From Psammoneis japonica (lineage: Eukaryota): a stretch of 64,000 nt of DNA. The DNA lies in contig QPGO01000082.1 of the NCBI GenBank assembly GCA_008632985.1, positions 124,001 to 188,000 on the forward strand, written 5' to 3'. The notes under the pieces were generated by a model, which ran no database searches, was not told where the DNA came from, and saw only the letters and a list, made by a program, of their open reading frames with translations. Numbering within the stretch: position 1 is the first letter of the stretch; the number at the start of each line of letters is the position of its first letter. Both the position numbers and the translations under genes were made by a program. Below, one piece after another: positions 1 to 12,991 of this stretch.

Positions 1-2
1 AA

Positions 3-356
3 TTGGCATTTCCTCTTCCCAGTTTTGGTGGAGGCGATGAGGGTGAGGGTTTGTCCATGGATGATGTCAAAAAGTATGGAGTTGCTGGAACTGTGGCCTA
101 TGTTTTGACGGAGCTTGCCTTTTGGGCCGTGGCGTTTCCAGTAGCAAGCACGGCGCTTTACCAATCCACTGGACACTGGCCTGATGTCATTAATGACGCA
201 ACGGATCGAACCACGGTTTTGGGATTCATCTTTGCTGGAGCTAACATTGCACGACTCTTGGTTCCTCTTCGACTGGGAGCCGCCCTTGCTCTTGCCCCAT
301 GGGTGGACGAGAATATTCTCAATCGGGATCAACAAGTGACAGAGACTGAGCAGTAA
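3..356 (+). CDS. 5'-truncated membrane protein (DUF1279/FAM210-like, possibly plastid)
   Basis: Open frame from window edge to TAA at 356; KKYGVAGTVAYVLTELAFW and ARLLVPLRLGAALALAPWVDE hydrophobic segments. Confidence 0.5.
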   Translation: MAFPLPSFGGGDEGEGLSMDDVKKYGVAGTVAYVLTELAFWAVAFPVASTALYQSTGHWPDVINDATDRTTVLGFIFAGANIARLLVPLRLGAALALAPWVDENILNRDQQVTETEQ

Positions 357-654
357 TATATAACATAGTATTTAAATTAGAATGGAAAATGGCACTACAG
401 TACCTCTAATCTCTACTATTCCTACTCTCTAGAACTCTAGAGGGTATGAGTAGGTATCTTGGACCTTGGACCATCGTCATGGAGCATGCTGGGATGAGTC
501 GAACGATTCCAATAGGTCGAACAATTCGAATGATCCGACGGATGAAGAAGCAAATCGAAAAATGTCTGCCCATCCCCCCTCACCGTTCGCCACCACGACG
601 ATGTCATTTCGCATAGGTACAATTTTCACCGCCGTAACCGCCGTATCATTGACC

Positions 655-1992
655 ATGTCGACGGAGGAAACGGCACCCGCTCCTGCCCCAGAGCAAGCTG
701 AGGACAATGCTGCTGCGGCTCAAGCCGCTGCTGCGTCGCAGGCTCAGTCGGAACGCGAACAAGTGTTGGAGCAGTATCGCGCTAAGATCCGCGAGCACCG
801 GGAAGTCGAAGCTCGGTTGAAGCGCATGCGAGAAGACGTCAAGGGCCTTGTGGCACGCTATCAAAAGACCGAAGATGATCTTGCGGCTCTCCAATCAGTC
901 GGTCAAATTATCGGTGACGTGCTGAAGAAGTTGGACGCGGAGCGGTTCATCGTCAAGGCGAGTTCCGGACCGCGTTATGTTGTGGGAAGTCGCTCGAGGC
1001 TCAACCACGACAAACTGAAACCGGGAACTCGTGTGGCGTTGGATATGACAACGCTGACCATTATGAGGGTCTTACCGAGAGAGGTAGACCCGACAGTCTT
1101 TCATATGCAGTCATCAGAAGAGGACGCGGTGTGAGCTTTTCTGATATCGGTGGGTTGAACGAACAGATCCGTGAACTGAGGGAGGTTATTGAGTTGCCTC
1201 TTACCAACCCGGAACTCTTTCTTCGGGTTGGAATCAAGGTAAATGGTTACAGAGGATTGAAGTTGCAAACTTGTGTTACGCCATGAGCTTACTTTTGTCT
1301 TTTTGTGTCTACTTCAGGCTCCAAAAGGTGTCTTGTTGTACGGTCCTCCCGGCACAGGCAAGACCTTGCTAGCACGTGCCTTGGCATCTAACATTAACGC
1401 CACATTTCTCAAAGTAGTGGCCTCCGCTATTGTCGACAAGTACATTGGAGAGTCTGCCCGTATCATTCGTGAAATGTTTGGTTTTGCTCGCGACCACGAA
1501 CCCTGTGTCATTTTCATGGATGAGATTGACGCCATTGGAGGATCTCGTTTCTCCGAAGGTACCTCTGCAGATCGTGAAATTCAGAGAACACTCATGGAAC
1601 TCTTGAATCAAATGGACGGTTTTGAAGAACAGGGGCAAGTCAAGATGGTAATGGCTACGAACCGGCCCGATATTTTAGACCCTGCGTTGCTCCGACCGGG
1701 ACGTCTTGACCGCAAGATTGAAATCCCGGAACCCAACGAAACGCAACGATTGGAAATTCTAAAGATTCACGCTGCAGGTATTACCAAGCGCGGTGATGTG
1801 GACTTTGAGAGTGTCGTCAAGTTGGCTGATGGACTCAACGGAGCCGACATGCGCAATATTTGCACCGAAGCGGGTCTCTTTGCGATTCGGTCGGACCGAG
1901 ACTACGTCTTGGAAGAGGATTTTATGAAGGCTGCAAGGAAAATATTGGACTCGAAGAAATTGGAATCGAAATTGGATTACAGCAAGGTCTAG
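655..1992 (+). CDS. RPT4: 26S proteasome regulatory AAA-ATPase subunit RPT4 (PSMC6/10B); intron 1239-1317; apparent 1-nt deletion near 1128
   Basis: [26 protein letters not shown], (shifted frame) [30 protein letters not shown], Walker A GPPGTGKT, Walker [13 protein letters not shown]-term [12 protein letters not shown]. Confidence 0.95.
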
Positions 1993-2472
1993 TGGAGTGT
2001 CTCTTATAGTTGTCTTTTGTTTAACAACTCTGGAAAGTACTTATCAAATCAAATGAAAACACAGCCACACAGCCTATTGCGATTCGAACTCTCCGTGTAC
2101 CACAAACTCACCATCTTGACAAGTGTCTGGTAGTGGGTATCTTGGGTGGAGACTTCAGTGTCAAGTGGGCTAGCTACTTCTACCTGACACCAATGCCTTC
2201 CTTGGACGACATCGCGGCAACAGGTGGGATGAAGAATGGTCGAGTTGGTCACAAAGTGTGAGGCCCTACCAAACACGGACTGCCGCTGTAAACGGCCGGC
2301 ATCATCCGTCCATCGACATCATAAAAGTCTCTGATCTCTGAGCCTGTGTAAAAGTAGGGCCTAATCACTTCGGTGAGGCTTGATGTTATAACTACGACAA
2401 TTGCCTTGCAGACAGAGTAGATTGGTTCGCTACTTGCTGTTTCAACAACTTTCTTCCTCTTGCGCTACCGCC

Positions 2473-3672
2473 ATGGCTTCGATTATTAGCTCTCGCCCGC
2501 TGCCCCTGTCGGGTCCTTATCCAACGCAAGACCCCTTTCTGTTTTGTGTCTACCACAAAGACCAATATCCTGCCGCAGCCAATGCCGAAATGGAGGCCCC
2601 GAGAAGGGGCAATGGGCAGGATTTCGACCCGATTGCTGTACGTGCTTTCCATTGAATACCGGTCACGAAAAGAAGAGCGCATCTCACACATCATTCCTCA
2701 CAACATTATAGCCGTACCGAATGTATCATGGAGACAAGATCCCTGGGTACGTTCCTCGCAGATTCGAGAAGTAATTGTCGAGCAAAAACCACACTCAGAA
2801 GAATTATTCTTTCGCCCTTTGACAGGTTCCCACAGCATCCTCATCGTGGTTTTGAAACAATCACGGCAACCATTGACGGCATTATCGATCATGCAGATTC
2901 CCTCGGTAACGCCGGTCGCTATGGAATGGGTGATTGTCAATGGATGACTGCGGGGCGTGGTGTTGTTCATTCGGAAATGTTTCCACTATTAAAGGCTGAA
3001 AAAGACAATCCCACTCGCTTCTTTCAAATCTGGCTCAATCTTCCAGCTCGTTCCAAGCGTGTCGACCCAGGCTTTGCCATGTTTTGGGCGAATCAAGTTC
3101 CCACTGTGAACCATGACAAGTCAAAGGCAACCGTTTGGGCGGGAAACTACTTTGGATTGGACAAAAAGCAAAACTCGCCTCCTCCAGATAGTTGGGCTAA
3201 TGACCCTGCCAATGACGTTGCGGTTGTACACTTGACAGTTCAACCAGGTGGCAAGTTTACTTTGCCCAAGGCCAACAATCCGAGTTGCGCGCGATCGTTG
3301 TTTCTTATCGAAGGAGAGCAAAATGGTGTCCTGGTGGACGGCAAGAAAATCGACTCTCGCGTTGTCTTGACAATGGATCCGACCAAGGATGTAGTGATTG
3401 AGCTGCCTTTGTCATCGTCTGGTTCAACGGAGTTTCTCTGGTTGCAGGGTAAGCCAATCGACGAACCAGTGGCGCAATACGGACCTTTTGTGATGAATAC
3501 AGACGCTGAAATTCAACAAGCCTTTGAAGATTACCGTGCCACCCAGTTTGGCGGATGGCCGTGGCCACGCGACGATATGGTGTTCCCACGCGAGAAGGGT
3601 CGCTTTGCCAAATTGAATGGCACCGAGACGGAACCGCCGGCTTATGATACCTGCACAGCGACAGACAAATAA
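2473..3672 (+). CDS. Pirin-family protein; exons 2473-2637, 2712-2746, 2826-3672
   Basis: DPFLFCVYHKD, PYRMYHGDKIPG|FPQHPHRGFETIT, QWMTAGRGVVHSE, GKPIDEPVAQYGPFVMN; GTACGT...AG introns join in frame. Confidence 0.93.
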
Positions 3673-3785
3673 GTAGTGTCTCTTGTACTGGCATACGCGC
3701 CATGGAGAGGAGTCAGTTTCGTGAAATCCCTGCCCGGTATACTCCTGCTTTACTTCAGTAAGATGAATAATAATATGCCTTACAA

Positions 3786-4718
3786 TTAATCATTACCTCC
3801 TCGCTGACATTTGCACTCATAGTCATCAAAGAAGCCTTGGTAATAGCCACAAACATCTTCCAATTCGGGTGCCGGCTCAATCGCACCAGAGTACATGTAT
3901 ATAAGTGACCATGCAAAGCATCCAATCGTCAAGGCAGACCCTACTATAAACCACAGGCTCCTCCATAAGAGACTCTGAATATGTAGTGAAAACAGAGGAA
4001 TGCCCACGACCAAGCCAGCAATCAGTCCTCCAAGGTGTGCAGCCCAGTCGACGTATGGGATAAAGCTAAACAGCATAACCACAATCACAGAGCACATGAC
4101 TGCACCACATTGTTCCTGCCGTACTTCATGCCCAATACGTTGCTGAATTGTCCTTTTGCTTTCGCATTGTCGACAAAATACTTCGGCCAACTTGCCACCG
4201 AATATTCCCATGACAGCGCCAGACGACCCCACGGATATCGAGTTTGGCTTGAAAATTGTACTCAGAATTGACGATCCAACCGCACTAACAAGGTATATTA
4301 CTATCCACGTGGGAGATCCCCATTCTCTTTCGAAAAAGGCACAAATATCCGCTTGAACTGCCACGTTGCCCACCAAGTGAATCACTCCTGCGTGTAGCAT
4401 CATGGGCGTGACTAATCGCCACCATTCTCCGTCATCTAAAATGTTTACTGCATTCTTCCCTCCCCATTCACTCAACGCATCAGGATACGGCCCAACCATG
4501 GGGTTGATATTGAGAGGAGCTACACCGCACTGAACCATCATTATGATTAATACAAGAGTTTGTGCCACGGCTAACAAAATGGCCAAGTATCCATAGCGTT
4601 GCTTGACAACATATGGCTGGCGTTCCTCCTCCTCATCGTCGTCAACGCGAATTTCCTTCTTGGGAGGAGGACCCTGAATTTCTGACCAAGAACGATACTG
4701 AGTCTTTGGGTCCGACAT
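3786..4718 (-). CDS. Rhomboid-family intramembrane serine protease
   Basis: EWWRLVTPMMLHAGVIHL, catalytic GSSG, AAHLGGLIAG. Confidence 0.92.
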   Translation of the reverse strand: MSDPKTQYRSWSEIQGPPPKKEIRVDDDEEEERQPYVVKQRYGYLAILLAVAQTLVLIIMMVQCGVAPLNINPMVGPYPDALSEWGGKNAVNILDDGEWWRLVTPMMLHAGVIHLVGNVAVQADICAFFEREWGSPTWIVIYLVSAVGSSILSTIFKPNSISVGSSGAVMGIFGGKLAEVFCRQCESKRTIQQRIGHEVRQEQCGAVMCSVIVVMLFSFIPYVDWAAHLGGLIAGLVVGIPLFSLHIQSLLWRSLWFIVGSALTIGCFAWSLIYMYSGAIEPAPELEDVCGYYQGFFDDYECKCQRGGND

Positions 4719-5047
4719 GGTTCTAGTAGCGCTACAAAGAAGGCAATGGCGAAGCTTTCAACGACAACAACGCAAAAGTGCCAACGTTGTGTGTTGTTGC
4801 TTGATGCGATGTGAATTTTGTGTGAACAGCGAGCCAGCCGCGATGTTCGATATTTGCTATCCAAAAAACAATGGTTATTCTGTATATGTAAATAAATAAA
4901 GAAATCGCTTCCAACATTCACATAATTTAATGAATTCTGATATATATAAAAGGAGTCAGCTTCACCTTCCCCACATTTTCAACTTTTCCACTGCATCAAT
5001 GAGCAGATGAATCTCGAACACCATTTCCAAAGGAAGAAACACATTTC

Positions 5048-6361
5048 TCAAGATTCGATTCGTTGTCGTTTCGCTGTTGGTTCACCCTCGTCCGTGTCGT
5101 CTAGTACCACGTCGGCGAGTGGCTGTGGTGCCTCGGGATTTTCACTTGGAATGTCGACTGCACTCTGCCCTTGAATGTCACTTTCTGGAGCTTGTGTGTT
5201 CATATCAACAATGTCATTGTCTGGGATATCCAGCAGTGTACTAGTAGTAGGTGGTTGGTCCGTCTCTTGCGGTGTTTCGAGCGAGGCTGCTGCATCCACA
5301 CCTCCTGCCACAGTAGCCGCATGTGAAGATGCACCGGTATTCTCCAATCCTTGTTGCAACACAGTCTCATCTTGGGTAGCACCAAGTTGTTGTAGTTGAT
5401 CGCTTGTCTCTACAGGGGCCGCCAACGATGTGTTGGTATTCGAAACCTCCATGGCAGAGTTTGAACGTTCAGTAGCCTGCGTTGGTTGCCCTTGTGGTGG
5501 GTTCGGCGCATCCGCTTCTGGCAAAGTGCTACTAGCGTCAGCTATAATGGCAGGAGTTTCTTCCTGAGATTGAGTCTCCTTTCGAAGTTGAGCCATAGAT
5601 TGTGTTGGTTGCTCAGAAGTGTCCATACCAGTCATGTTGCTGCTTTCAGTTCCGGTCTGGGGTACAGCGACAGCTTCGATAGTCGGTGCTTCTTTCGGTA
5701 TGTCAGTTGTGCTAGGATCTGATGGTGCTTGCTCTTGCTTTTCTACAATATCAACGGATGTAGTATCCTTAGTCTGGACTTCGGATGGATTCTGCGGCTG
5801 TTCAGCGGACGGAGCTGCTTCTGCAGAATTCAATGTACTCGAAGGGGGTGGTGGTATTGAACTTCCTTGTGAGACTGCAGAAGATTCCAGCTCGACACTA
5901 GTCGATGGAGGTTGTGGTATGACTAATGGCTCATCAGTCATCTCGATATCTGGAACACTAGCTTCTGCTTTCCCATCTTCTACCCCTCCTACAGAAGTTG
6001 CTAACGAGGGGTTTTGCTCAGTCGCGTTGCCGGTAGGTTGCTCAGCCTCAGCCGGCGGTGTTGTCGACGTCGTTGTCGTTTCTGGAGCTTCCACTTTTTC
6101 TGTTTGTTGCGTCTCTACCGTTGTCGGCAAGTACAGCTGTCTTTCTTCAGGCGTCAATTTCGAAACAGGCACCCACGTCGGAATGGTAAAATCGACATGA
6201 GGCGCCAGCCGCCGAGGGATTTTTATCCAGCTCTGCGCCTTTTTCAACCGAGCTCCCGAATGATGAGAGGATGATGATCTACCACTTCGTTTGGATCCCC
6301 CTGTAGAAGCTCTTCCCACTCGAGTGCTGCGGCGATTGCTACCAGACGGCGAAAACATCAT
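5048..6361 (-). CDS. Hypothetical low-complexity acidic/Pro/Thr-rich protein with basic N-terminus and C-terminal NLS-like AKRQR
   Basis: Long uninterrupted ORF; probable start MMFSPSG. Confidence 0.7.
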   Translation of the reverse strand: MMFSPSGSNRRSTRVGRASTGGSKRSGRSSSSHHSGARLKKAQSWIKIPRRLAPHVDFTIPTWVPVSKLTPEERQLYLPTTVETQQTEKVEAPETTTTSTTPPAEAEQPTGNATEQNPSLATSVGGVEDGKAEASVPDIEMTDEPLVIPQPPSTSVELESSAVSQGSSIPPPPSSTLNSAEAAPSAEQPQNPSEVQTKDTTSVDIVEKQEQAPSDPSTTDIPKEAPTIEAVAVPQTGTESSNMTGMDTSEQPTQSMAQLRKETQSQEETPAIIADASSTLPEADAPNPPQGQPTQATERSNSAMEVSNTNTSLAAPVETSDQLQQLGATQDETVLQQGLENTGASSHAATVAGGVDAAASLETPQETDQPPTTSTLLDIPDNDIVDMNTQAPESDIQGQSAVDIPSENPEAPQPLADVVLDDTDEGEPTAKRQRIES

Positions 6362-6675
6362 GGTGGTTTGGTTGCTCGTGTATGTCGTGTTGTTTTTGGT
6401 TGCGTTGCGCTGTTTGGATGGCACAAACAATCCCGCCGACGGGCTACGTACAGACAGCCACAATTTACGGAGCGTCCGTTCGTCGTACGTTGGAAAAACC
6501 TGCTCCGACCTCCGACCGAAGCGACGAAGCCCGAAGCAAGAAGCAACACCATGAGAGCACAGAAATTCCCTTCCGTTCTCGGTAGGCTCTTTAAATCTGT
6601 ACTTAGTTTAAAAAGTACAAGAGTGAGCAAATTGGCAATTGGCTTGGCCTTATGTAGGTACGGTATGAAAACAAG

Positions 6676-8316
6676 ATGACAAACGCTAGCAATGACGATG
6701 GCTGCTGGGATGTATTCGGAGACGATGACGATGATTCTTCACAGCAAACTAGCGAGAGTGGAGATTGGTCCAAAGCTTGTGAGGAAGGTGCCCTAATGTT
6801 GACACAGCACTTTTTGCATGCCAACGGAAAAATTCCGCTGTCAAAACGACGGGTAGCGTCGGTTCATGATGATTTGTGGGGAACAGCTTTACAAAAACGT
6901 GGTATACGGCAAGTTGAGGATGATCCTTGTTGTTGGGATGCAACTATTGTTATTCTCAAGTCGATCGGGGAAACAACAAGGACTTCTGGCGACAGATCGT
7001 GTTTGTTGAGACGAGGTGTTGTACCTGGTGGTATCTTGCTCTGTGTAGACTCTTCAGTACAGTCATGCATGAAGGATCTGGATCCACGTGTATGGGACAT
7101 TGCTGGCGTTCGTGCCCTGTACAGTTGTCCAGAATTTGAGTTGGTATCAATTCTCAAGTACCCCTGTCTTGTCAACGATGCGTCTTGTCCATGGAAGCCG
7201 AACCGAACGACAGCTTCGATACAGCAAGAACTCGAATATCTGCGACAAGCAACTGTTCCAAGAAGTGCTTCTGAAATACTAGACGTTTCGATATCCTTGA
7301 CGGAATCAGCGGTGCAACATGCCGTGGTTGCGTTGCAAAAGCATGGATACTGCGTCATCAAGTCGTTGCTTCACCCTGATAAATGTTTGGAATGGGGAAG
7401 CGCAATCAAACAAGACTTTGACTCTGCTGCGAAGATTCTGCTTGAACGCGACGGTGTGAATTTGCGTGCTCCACAAAGCAGCGAGAACAATCCCACAAGT
7501 TACAAAGAGATGGCAATGCGTGAAGACTTGCGTGTGGATTTACGAGCGGGCCCTGAGCTGCAGAAACTGAGGGCCCAAGAATCCGAGCACTATGCAGAAT
7601 GGAATCTTGCCAGTGAGAACTCCGAAGTCACTTCGCTATGCAGTGGTCCTGTAGTTACTACGACGTCCGGAGGTCGGGAATCCTGTCTTCGCTTTCACTC
7701 TGACGTTTTAGAAGTTATCAAACGAACAATGAATCCAAAACAAGACGAGCTATACCGAGGAAACTGGGGTCGATACAATTTCGAAGGAACTGGACCAAAT
7801 GGTTCTCCGGCTCCGCTACGCGTTGGACCTATGGGAGGTATTCTTAGCTTGCCGGGTTCTGCCGACCAAGCTATTCATGCGGATACTCCTCATTTGTTTG
7901 AACACGCCGACTGTCTACCAGCACACTACATCAATGCATTTGCGTTGGGTGCCGACATTAATGCTAGTATGGAAAAGGATAAGGAGGGGAACTTCACTGG
8001 TGCCACCCCTGTTGGTGGTACCGCCTTTGTACATGGATCTCATCGGTTATCTGTAGCTGCAGAGTTCAATTCGGATGAAAGCGAGTTGGAAAGTACTACC
8101 AGCGTGGCCGCGGGGTGCCGCGAGAAAATGCTATCACTGCTTGTACGACCATCACTGCAACTTGGAGATGTGGTCCTCTTTGACTGCCGCGTGTTACATT
8201 TTGGGCTGGCAAACACATCCGACTCGGTGGAACGCCCAATGCTGTACGTCAATGTTACTCATGCATGGTTTAACGATCCAAAGAACTGGGATGATCGACG
8301 CAGAATATTTGAGTAA
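6676..8316 (+). CDS. Phytanoyl-CoA dioxygenase (PhyH)-like 2OG-Fe(II) oxygenase
   Basis: LQKHGYCVI, QAIHADTPH (HxD), GGTAFVHGSH, GDVVLFDCRVLHFGLAN...R. Confidence 0.85.
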   Translation: MTNASNDDGCWDVFGDDDDDSSQQTSESGDWSKACEEGALMLTQHFLHANGKIPLSKRRVASVHDDLWGTALQKRGIRQVEDDPCCWDATIVILKSIGETTRTSGDRSCLLRRGVVPGGILLCVDSSVQSCMKDLDPRVWDIAGVRALYSCPEFELVSILKYPCLVNDASCPWKPNRTTASIQQELEYLRQATVPRSASEILDVSISLTESAVQHAVVALQKHGYCVIKSLLHPDKCLEWGSAIKQDFDSAAKILLERDGVNLRAPQSSENNPTSYKEMAMREDLRVDLRAGPELQKLRAQESEHYAEWNLASENSEVTSLCSGPVVTTTSGGRESCLRFHSDVLEVIKRTMNPKQDELYRGNWGRYNFEGTGPNGSPAPLRVGPMGGILSLPGSADQAIHADTPHLFEHADCLPAHYINAFALGADINASMEKDKEGNFTGATPVGGTAFVHGSHRLSVAAEFNSDESELESTTSVAAGCREKMLSLLVRPSLQLGDVVLFDCRVLHFGLANTSDSVERPMLYVNVTHAWFNDPKNWDDRRRIFE

Positions 8317-8701
8317 CGTTACCTCGCACCTCCAACCGTCATGTACTTCTGGAGGTCATGTACTTCCGGAGCAACCTCTTCTACCGGTAGGCAACAATAC
8401 TGCCACAGTATTGCTGAATTCAACTTGAAAGAAGAAACGGAATCGCAGCTACTGTAGGCCCCTAGATGACCAACTGTAGGAAAGTCGATGTACTCAGCAT
8501 ACTCAGTTCAACGTTGTAGCTTGAATTTCTCTCTAGTTCATGAAGTTCTAGCAACTATGTAGTCTGTATGAGGTTATGAGAAGTATTGATGGAACCAACC
8601 CAACCATAGCATGCTCGAAAAGTTCTATAGACAGGTGAGTATGCCAGAGTTGGAATTTCCGGAGGTATTACCACGCACGAACCGAATGATTCGTTCCGAG
8701 C

Positions 8702-10245
8702 CTACAACGAAACTGTTTCATCCGCAACGGCGTGTCGCACTCGGGGCAACTGATGCGACGAAATCTGATCAAGTAACTTGTTACCTTGCAAATACTTCTC
8801 CGCACCCCTCTGAGCCTGCGATGGACTGATTTCTAGATCAAGGACAGAGGAGTGTTCGCAAACATACCTCATCTGTTTCCTCACCATGTTGAGCTGGCCA
8901 ATGATCTGCATTGGCGAAGGAGAAGACACAAACATGACGCTCTTGGAAACCGCGGAGAGTTGTCCCGAAACAATCCTGACGGCCGTGCGTTCCTCCATCC
9001 CATCCCCAAACGAAATGATGTCGCGAGATGAATCCGTAGAACCGGCGTCCGAGGCGTTGGTCTCGTCATCCGATGAAACATCAGTAGAGGCCAAGCTGCA
9101 GTCCATTTTGTCGTCCCCGTCATCCGCATAAATCTCGTTCACTTCGTGAGCGAAAGCGGCAGCCTTCCAACAAAGCGGTTGGCTAGGATAGAAGCGTTCA
9201 TACCTAGTTCTTGCAGAGACAATACGGTATTGCTCAATGACTGGAAGCAACTTGGGCACGAACCTCTCCGCTGAATACTTCACCCATCCCTCGTCGGAGT
9301 TGGTAATGATGATAACCTGAAGGAGAACGGAAAGACACCGCGGTCAAGTGAGAAACGTGATCAAATCCAAAGGAACACCATGGATAAAATAAACAATGCT
9401 ATTCAAAATCGGAGTCGAATTCGAAAATTTTAGACACATCAAAAAGATTTGGCGCAATTTTCGAGGGGCATTCAATTTTTGAAATCAACAAGTCCGTAGC
9501 TGAGACATACTATTGACTTTCCGTTCAAACAATCGACAAATTTTGAAAAAAATAAATAAGCAAATCGCTCGTGTAAACGCCAGCATAGAAAATTCAGTCG
9601 TATGCACAATATACATGAACGAATTTCATCATATACTCCAAAGTCGACAGTAAACTGATATCAACAACTCCCGCCAAAAAACAGCGTCACAACGGAAACC
9701 GATTTTTGGACTTCGTGGCGGTTTGTGATTTGAATCGCGAGGCAACCGACATGGCGGGAAAACGACATGGCGCAAATCGGACGAAAGAGACGCGAAAACT
9801 CAAGATAAAAGCAGCGAATCAATAATGCTTACCTCTCCATATTTCGACGCCTCCGCTAAACATTTTTCGGCTATCTTTGCGACTTCGTCGAACAGATTCT
9901 GGAACTGTTGATGGCGCCGCATGGAAATGAACAGGAGAGAGAAAATTCGCAACGAGAGCGGAGTTAGCAATCGATAGATCGAATAAACAGAGCATTCCTG
10001 CGTTTCTCAACATAAAAGATTAACAAACGAGCATTGCTATCGTCACTCGTTTCGGCTGATCCAACCCTAACGAGCGAAACACACCGACGGAATTTGGCGG
10101 AGCGGTATGTACTTACGTGTAGAGGCAACTCTTTGAAATTCTCGATCTGCCATTGATCCACAAATGATGACGGACATATGGTATCGTCCCAGTCGAAGAT
10201 TAGCACTTTGTTTGGGGGGGAAGCGATGTGATTTGGTAGCATCAT
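8702..10245 (-). CDS. HAD-like hypothetical protein; exons 10245-10117, 9904-9833, 9316-8702
   Basis: IFDWDDT motif I, IITNSDEGWV, ISFGDGMEER; GTAAG...CAG introns join in frame. Confidence 0.8.
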
Positions 10246-11594
10246 GGTCCAACGACGAAAGCAGAGACGAAGAAGAAAAAGTGGTTCAAATGCGGAGACA
10301 GTGAGAAGTGTCAGTTGTGGGATGGTCGACGGCAGGGTCATCGGTTTTTCACCACGTAGAAAGGATACCAGAATCACGTGGAAAAATATTTATACAAAAT
10401 CGAGGAATGAACATATGAAACATATAACGTCAATGCGTAGGCAACGCAGTACAACTCCATGAATTCAATATCCATATATGGGGACTCCGATGTTTTCCGA
10501 AGAAATTATGAAATTTTGCCGCCATCAAACGCAACCAACGAACGACCTGCATGTCGCCATCATTCAATCGTTTTTCAACTCACCTTTGTTCGTAAAAAAC
10601 GACGATGACACTATGTTCATGTTTTTGTGCCACTATCGTTTGCGATCGACGTCGCGGTTTTTATGGTTCCGCGGAGGCGACGACGAAGCGAGAGCGATCA
10701 GTGAGTGATGACCAACGAGTGAATCCAGATTCAGAGAATGGCGGTATTTTTTGAATCCGAGTATGTGTGGTCCTCTATGTAGATTTCTACGTAGGTTTCC
10801 CACTAAGAATGAAATTATTATGTAGAATTTCGTGGGTGGTTGAATGAAAAGGAAATATTTTCTTCAGCATGAATATCTGTGTTTTGCGGGTCCTGCGGTG
10901 GGAATTTTTGGCGGGAAAACCGACACACGTCACGTGGGGTCGCGCGAGGGCACCAAGGAGCTGAATCATCCTCCGGCGCAGGCATGCCACAGCATTGGCA
11001 TTCCTTAGGGGTGTATGTCATTCTCTGTCAGTACTTGTACAGATGAGGACCAACTCACTGTGGGCGGCAGCACCGCGGTTGCGAGTTGCGGCGTAGCAGA
11101 TGTTGTGGCCATAGCTACAAGGCTCGCGGTAGACAAGCAGTCGGAGAACTGAAAAGATCCTTCACAATAAATTGATCAACAATTGAAACTTCAATGCATG
11201 GTAGCTTGACAGGCCACCGTACATTCTCAAAGAAACTGGATGAGCACTTTTAAAACCACAATAGGAAAACTATCATACTACGTAGTAAAACTCTGATCGT
11301 TTTCTATTTCTAAACGGTAAGGAGATCTAGTTTCGCGACTGGCTGCGGTCTCATTGGGACTGAATCGATCAATTATCGTATCTGAGAAGGAACTATCCCT
11401 TCTACAAAACTACTTGTTCTCGATAAGTTGAGGCTGGAAAGCACCTCGCATGAATAAGATGGGGTAAAGGATGCGGAGCGATCAATTCCGGAAGGTGGTG
11501 ATTTCATTCTTCTCGCCGTAGCTTCTCAGCTTGTATCGTAGACTGGAGTGTCGTTGAACGGCTGAATGAACTGGATCAATCTTCGAGCCGTCTT

Positions 11595-12991
11595 CTACGC
11601 AAACAACGTAAACAACTGGATGACACCGACAATTGCACCCAACACACCTCCTAAAAAGATCAAGGTAATTTCGTCTTCCTCGAACGCTGGATGCAGCACG
11701 CCCTCAAACTCCAGTGATGGTAGTTCCTGCATCTTGGTTCGAATGGTGTCTTCCATTGCAAGCGCTTCTTGGCTATACTCGTACGAATTGTCAATCACTG
11801 ACGGAATCTTGTCAATGAGCTTCTGCGCAATCATCTCTTTCATTTCCGCGAACCTTTCTCCTCCAATGGCGGCGATAGCGAGTGGCTTCACTTCAACAAG
11901 AAGTTTCTCGGTGAATACCAGCGTGTGAGCTCGTAGCATCGCATAAAAGTTGGGTGAAAGCGGGCCCGTGAATATCGCATCCCAAATTGCCTTCACATGC
12001 ATGATTTCGACACACACTACGCGAGCAAATGTCTCCGACACTTCTTTTGGCGTTTGAGAAAGATACCATGGATAGTCCAGCAGCAGATCTTTTTTGGCTC
12101 CAGGGGGCGGAAAATGACCTACACACACGTATCATCCGTCGAAACGCTCTCCGTAAGACACAACGCCAGGATGAAATCATCATTCGAATACATTCCGCGT
12201 TCTTACCTTCAGCGCCAAGTAGTTTGTGACCCAACCGACCAAGAACCCAGCTACAGGTAAGATCCACGACGCATCATAAAAGAACCAAATGGTCATTTGT
12301 ATACATCCAAAGAGAAACCCAAAGTAGAAACCGGATCGCCTAATGAATTGAAACTCCTTGAACGAAGAGATGCGTCAGCACAAACTCAGAGAGGCACAGA
12401 TGCCAAAAGGCGAAACCAATATCGTACCTTGTCACCACACTCTTGAAAGATCTTGTTCACCAAGGGCTTGTTTCTCACACAAGCACTCACGGTCATTTCC
12501 TTGATGTCTAGAACATTTTCAACGTGCTCCTGCATGTCCCGCATAAACTCTGCGAGAAATGTGTGACTCTCATTGTCCGTCAGTACAACAATTTCATCCT
12601 TTACTTCTTGCGGAAGCTTACTCCAAGCACCAGGCATGTACTCTTGCGCAACTTCGGATATAATTTTATCCATTAGCAGAAGGATTCCGTCTTCCATGAC
12701 TTCGCTGAATCGAACAGGATCCAACCGACCAAAGATCTCTTTCACATTCAAGAGCCGAGTCGTCATGAGTTCAAATGTAATACCCGCCATTTTCTCTGCT
12801 TTTGTTGGTATTATGCCTTGCCATCCTATTATGCCCCATGGTTGGTCTTTGATTCGAAACAGTTCAATTCCAAAGAAATTGATAGGCCGAAATGTCATTT
12901 CCAACGCAAGAACGTTTGTGATGTAACCGACTGCCCCCGCTATCCATGGAATCAAGAAGTACTCCCACCATTCATATTTCAAATCAGCCAT
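11595..12991 (-). CDS. DUF445-family membrane protein, multi-exon; start uncertain
   Basis: GYITNVLALEMTFRP, WQGIIPTKAEKMA, second repeat GWVTNYLALK, FEGVLHPAFEEDEITLIFLGGVLG. Confidence 0.8.

Noticed and set aside
1120..1140. Programmed frameshift or pseudogenised RPT4
   Set aside because: No slippery site, the protein is otherwise fully conserved, and similar 1-nt deletions occur in two other genes.
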